The notes under the pieces were generated by a model that saw only the letters and a list, made by a program, of their open reading frames with translations, was not told the origin of the DNA and ran no database searches. Below, piece after piece: positions 7,331 to 9,938 of a stretch of 9,938 nt of DNA (its first letter is position 1; every line of letters begins with the position of its first letter). A program made the translations under genes and the position numbers. The stretch covers positions 26,786-36,723 of the forward strand of contig NZ_SNUY01000041.1 of NCBI RefSeq assembly GCF_004376175.1, read 5' to 3'. The stretch comes from Halalkalibacterium halodurans. GTDB lineage: Bacteria; Bacillota; Bacilli; Bacillales; Bacillaceae_D.

Positions 7331-7359
7331 TTGTCAATTTAATTAATCCTTGATATACT
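7331..7359 (+). promoter_or_regulatory. Sigma-A-type promoter of the intracellular protease gene.
   Basis: TTGTCA (7331-7336) is followed by a 17-nt spacer and TATACT (7354-7359). A TG at 7351-7352 gives an extended -10 (TGaTATACT). The SD lies about 20 nt downstream. Confidence 0.5.
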
Positions 7360-7390
7360 GTGGTTCAATCCAAATTTGGAGGTGTTTTCC

Positions 7391-8359
7391 ATGGGACGAG
7401 TTCGACTGATTCCCTACGAAGTGACATCCATTCAAGATGACACAAAAAAGATCCCTCCAGGCATTGAGATGATTGAAGCTCCAGATCTTTGGCAGCAAGG
7501 GTACAAAGGAAAAGGAATTGTCGTTGCTGTTTTGGACACTGGTTGTGATGTGGAGCATTATGAACTACGTGACCGAATCATAGGCAAACACAATGTGACC
7601 TCAGATGACGGTAATGATCCCGAAATTGTTTCCGATCAAAATGGACATGGAACCCATGTGTGCGGTACCATTGCAGCGACGGAAAACGACCGTGGCGTGA
7701 TCGGAGTGGCTCCTGAGTGTCAGTTGCTCGTCGTCAAAGTTTTATCGAATCGAGGCTTCGGAACGACCGAATGGGTTGTAGAAGGAATTCGCCATGCGAT
7801 CAATTGGGAAGGTCCAAATGGTGAGAAAGTTCAGGTTCTATCCATGTCACTCGGTGGTAAGGAGAATGATCCTCGCCTCCATGATGCGATTAAAGAAGCC
7901 GTCGCTTCCGGGCGCTTAGTCGTTTGCGCCGCAGGAAACGACGGAGATGGTAATGAGGAAACAGATGAGTTTGCCTATCCTGGCGCGTATCCTGAAGTCG
8001 TTCAAGTTGGCTCTGTTTCATTATCAGGAGAGATTTCTCGTTTCAGTAACTCCAACTGCAAAATCGATTTAGTTGCTCCGGGAGAGAGGATTTTATCTAC
8101 TTATCCTGGTGACAAATTCGCCACACTGACTGGCACCTCGATGGCTACTCCTCATGTGACAGGCGCTGCTGCTTTACTAATTGAAAAATTTGAACGAGAA
8201 TTTGAGCGAAAAATCACAGAGCCTGAGCTTTTTGCTCAATTAATCAAACGAACCGCTTCCTTATCGTACAGCCGAAAACTGCAAGGAAACGGGTTATTGA
8301 AGCTAACTTCTGGCGGCTCGCGTATAAGTGAAACAGAAGATCGTATAGAAACAGCGTAA
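7391..8359 (+). CDS. ispA: Intracellular serine protease, subtilisin family S8 (IspA-like).
   Basis: The SD GGAGGTG (7378-7384) lies 6 nt before the ATG at 7391. The ORF-track TTG at 7376 lies inside the SD. The N-terminus MGRVRLIPYEV carries the LIPY pro-peptide motif of intracellular subtilisins. The catalytic motifs are VLDTGCD, HGTHVCGTIAA and GTSMATPHV. There is no signal peptide. The protein is collinear with B. subtilis IspA as I recall that sequence. Confidence 0.9.
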   Translation: MGRVRLIPYEVTSIQDDTKKIPPGIEMIEAPDLWQQGYKGKGIVVAVLDTGCDVEHYELRDRIIGKHNVTSDDGNDPEIVSDQNGHGTHVCGTIAATENDRGVIGVAPECQLLVVKVLSNRGFGTTEWVVEGIRHAINWEGPNGEKVQVLSMSLGGKENDPRLHDAIKEAVASGRLVVCAAGNDGDGNEETDEFAYPGAYPEVVQVGSVSLSGEISRFSNSNCKIDLVAPGERILSTYPGDKFATLTGTSMATPHVTGAAALLIEKFEREFERKITEPELFAQLIKRTASLSYSRKLQGNGLLKLTSGGSRISETEDRIETA

Positions 8360-8372
8360 TTTTTCATAGAAG

Positions 8373-8397
8373 AAAGCAGCCTTTTATGGGCTGCTTT
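8373..8397. terminator. Bidirectional rho-independent terminator between ispA (+) and the YjcZ-like gene (-).
   Basis: AAAGCAGCC (8373-8381) pairs with GGCTGCTTT (8389-8397) around a 7-nt loop. TTTAATTG follows on the + strand, and the AAA arm supplies Us on the - strand. Confidence 0.8.
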
Positions 8398-8405
8398 TTA
8401 ATTGA

Positions 8406-8570
8406 TTAGCACTTTCCCCAAGATGCGCCGATGATGATGAGAAGGATAAACAACACTACGATTAGCGCAAAACCTTTTCCTGGGCAGTGGCCAACACCTG
8501 CAACTGGACCATAACCGTATCCACAATCAAATCCAGCACCTGCTACAGGACCGTAACCATATCCATACAT
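8406..8570 (-). CDS. YjcZ-family tiny transmembrane (sporulation) protein, an extended 54-aa paralog.
   Basis: The C-terminal [16 protein letters not shown] is the hallmark hydrophobic core of the YjcZ tiny-TM family, and the N-terminus is Gly/Tyr-rich. I prefer the ATG at 8568-8570, preceded by GAAAGAAAGGGGAA. The ORF-track start at 8594 has no SD. Confidence 0.7.
   Translation of the reverse strand: MYGYGYGPVAGAGFDCGYGYGPVAGVGHCPGKGFALIVVLFILLIIIGASWGKC
8478..8561 (-). repeat. Intragenic tandem duplication of 2 x 42 nt, encoding [14 protein letters not shown] / [14 protein letters not shown].
   Basis: The two 14-codon units are 10/14 identical at the protein level. They differ mainly at synonymous third positions (TAT/TAC, CCT/CCA, GTA/GTT, GGA/GGC). 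Confidence 0.7.
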
Positions 8571-8606
8571 ACGTAAATTCCCCTTTCTTTCCATAGTTTC
8601 ATTAGG

Positions 8607-8696
8607 CTAGCAACAAAAAGCTGAACCTACAATAACAAGTAAAATGAACAACACGACAATCAGCGCGAAACCTCCGCCATGGAATCCTGCACTCAA
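8607..8696 (-). CDS. YjcZ-family tiny transmembrane (sporulation) protein of 29 aa. It is missed by the ORF track.
   Basis: On the - strand, GGAGGTG (8709-8703) lies 6 nt before a TTG start (8696-8694). The translation is [29 protein letters not shown], ending at a TAG (8609-8607). It shares the 12-residue core [12 protein letters not shown] with the neighbouring gene. The two cores are encoded with several synonymous differences. Confidence 0.7.
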   Translation of the reverse strand: MSAGFHGGGFALIVVLFILLVIVGSAFCC

Positions 8697-8828
8697 GACG
8701 TTCACCTCCTTACCCTTCTCATTGATACACTATGTCAGTGATTTTAGGTTTGATTGGGTTCTTGAATAAATAATCTATTATGATCCTTTGAAAAAGGGAG
8801 AGAAAGGCTTATATCTTGGGCTCTAACT

Positions 8829-8856
8829 AAAAAAGATGGGTCATCGCCCATCTTTT
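8829..8856 (-). terminator. Rho-independent terminator of the S1 protease gene.
   Basis: On the - strand the element reads AAAAGATGGG-CGATGA-CCCATCTTTT followed by further Ts, giving a T6 run. It lies 80 nt downstream of the stop at 8937. Confidence 0.65.
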
Positions 8857-8936
8857 CCTCTTTTTTATTCGCGAAAATCTCCGTCATGAATAATGTCTAG
8901 ATCGACGGTTATGCTCATCAAAAGGCTGTCCATTAT

Positions 8937-9731
8937 TTAATGCTCATTTAAAAGTGGTAAAATATCTGAAATGGGAACAGCGAGGCCCCTCGTACTCCCC
9001 TCATCCATTCTGGAGCTCGCAGTTGGTCTGGCATATACGACCCCAACGACCTCTCCCTGCTCATTGATCACAGGGCTACCGCTGTGTCCGGGATAGATTG
9101 GATTTGTGATTTGCAATACGTTGTGCTCCCGTGTTTGTTCTAGTACCACACCTTCGTTCACAATTTGACTTTGAGACAATGGGTTCCCAATGACATAGAT
9201 GGTGTCATCAACAGCCGCATCTTCTTTACTTAATGGTAAATGAGGAACAGAGGCGGCCTCAATTTGAAGCAATGCAACATCAAGAGCAGGATCAGTCCAA
9301 ATAACCTCACCTTCGTATAATTCGCCACTTGGAAACGCCACAATAATCGAAGGCAGCTCATCAATAACATGATCATTTGTTAAAATGAGCCCGTCACCCG
9401 AAATGGCAAACCCGGTACCTCTCGATTGATGCCCATGAATCGTAACAACCGCTTCACTCATTTCTTGTATCTCTTCTCGTTCCATTAACTCCTCGGTTGA
9501 TTGCCATAGGTTCCATAAATCAGCGTTCACATAATTCAATAACAACCCAAAGGCATTTAAAATAAGAAAGCCTGCAATGAGTAAAGCGATCCATTTTTTC
9601 AGTTTTCTTGATCGTTGCTTACGCTGAATCTCTTCTTCATCTGGAGGTTCTTCACGAAAAAAATCTTCTATGCTAGGTTCTTCTACTTCTTCGTCTAGCT
9701 CTTCCGATGGTTCTTTTTCATTTTGCCTCAT
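8937..9731 (-). CDS. Membrane-anchored trypsin-like serine protease (S1 family, HtrA-like catalytic domain) with no PDZ domain.
   Basis: The SD AGGAG lies 9 nt upstream of the ATG at 9729-9731. The protein has an acidic N-terminal tail, a basic cluster, and one TM segment (WIALLIAGFLILNAFGLLL). The chymotrypsin-fold motifs are TNDHV (His), DVALLQI (Asp) and GHSGSPV (Ser). Only about 47 residues follow the Ser. Confidence 0.85.
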   Translation of the reverse strand: MRQNEKEPSEELDEEVEEPSIEDFFREEPPDEEEIQRKQRSRKLKKWIALLIAGFLILNAFGLLLNYVNADLWNLWQSTEELMEREEIQEMSEAVVTIHGHQSRGTGFAISGDGLILTNDHVIDELPSIIVAFPSGELYEGEVIWTDPALDVALLQIEAASVPHLPLSKEDAAVDDTIYVIGNPLSQSQIVNEGVVLEQTREHNVLQITNPIYPGHSGSPVINEQGEVVGVVYARPTASSRMDEGSTRGLAVPISDILPLLNEH

Positions 9732-9819
9732 TCATCAACTCTCCTGTATAAGACTTCTATGTATTAAGGATATCATATTTTAAATGGTTTTTTCGATTGC
9801 CAACGTAACCAGGATTGTG

Positions 9820-9938
9820 TCAACCTTTTGTGGGAGGAATATTTTCCATTCTCATAGGTGTAAGCGAATTCAGAATGTTAGGGTTCTCCTCTGTTAAGAA
9901 TCTTAGGGCTTTTAAAAGCCTTTCAAGTCTTTCAGTGC
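9820..9938 (-). CDS. Possible 3' end of a - strand gene entering from the right edge.
   Basis: One - strand frame is open from the window edge for 38 codons (...TERLERLLKALRFLTEENPNILNSLTPMRMENIPPTKG) and ends at a TGA at 9820-9822, 88 nt upstream of the protease start. An open frame of this length is only weakly significant by chance, and no family is recognised. Confidence 0.25.
   Translation of the reverse strand, partial: TERLERLLKALRFLTEENPNILNSLTPMRMENIPPTKG

Noticed and set aside
7300-7353. A 17-codon hydrophobic ORF (MLKILNILFCIVNLINP) with GAAGGAG 11 nt upstream.
   Set aside because: It is too short to distinguish from chance in AT-rich DNA, and it overlaps the predicted ispA promoter. 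It is mentioned in the spacer finding but not called as a feature.
8726-8734. A sporulation-sigma (E/K-type) promoter for the YjcZ pair, based on CATAGTGTA.
   Set aside because: The -10-like element is present, but no AC or ATA -35 element lies at the required spacing. It is mentioned only as a hint inside the YjcZ finding.
9775-9823. TTGACA (- strand, 9823-9818) and TTGGCA (9803-9798) as -35 boxes for the S1 protease gene.
   Set aside because: Neither has an acceptable -10 hexamer at 16-18 nt. The best candidates are GCAATC and AAATAT.
9907-9920. A perfect 14-bp palindrome, GGCTTTTAAAAGCC, near the right edge.
   Set aside because: It could be an operator or a mini-hairpin. However, it lies inside the only frame open to the window edge and has no T-run or partner site. 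The context is insufficient.
1-9938. A search for a defence island, mobile element, CRISPR array, toxin-antitoxin pair or RNA gene.
   Set aside because: There are no transposase, integrase or recombinase ORFs and no terminal inverted repeats. There are no spaced direct-repeat arrays and no tRNA- or rRNA-like sequence. Every sizeable ORF has an ordinary housekeeping or accessory-metabolic identity. The clustering of ClpE, IspA and an S1 protease looks like ordinary Bacillus-type synteny rather than a functional system.

Overview
This 9.9 kb window looks like an ordinary chromosomal segment of a Bacillus-like Firmicute. The evidence is strong GGAGG-type ribosome-binding sites, CtsR boxes, and IspA and YjcZ-type genes. 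I can support nine or ten protein-coding genes. On the - strand there is a decayed EamA/DMT transporter remnant and an acyl-CoA-dehydrogenase-fold protein. On the + strand there is clpE (behind two CtsR operators), a stand-alone 5'-3' (FEN-type) exonuclease and an arylamine N-acetyltransferase-family protein. A small YkvS/DUF2187-like protein sits on the - strand, and an intracellular subtilisin (IspA-like) on the +. The - strand also carries two tandem YjcZ-type tiny membrane (sporulation) proteins, one of them below the ORF-track cutoff, and a membrane-anchored trypsin-like (S1) protease without a PDZ domain. Convergent gene pairs share clean bidirectional hairpin terminators. Several ORF-track starts are over-extended; I give corrected starts supported by ribosome-binding sites. 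I see no rRNA or tRNA genes, CRISPR arrays, transposases, integrases, or any recognisable defence or mobile system. I do not find convincing evidence for a novel multi-gene system. The observations worth a second look are small-scale: the structured left-edge region with a well-signalled 29-codon ORF, the unannotated micro-gene pair, two unusually long non-coding spacers, and divergent active-site regions in two enzymes.
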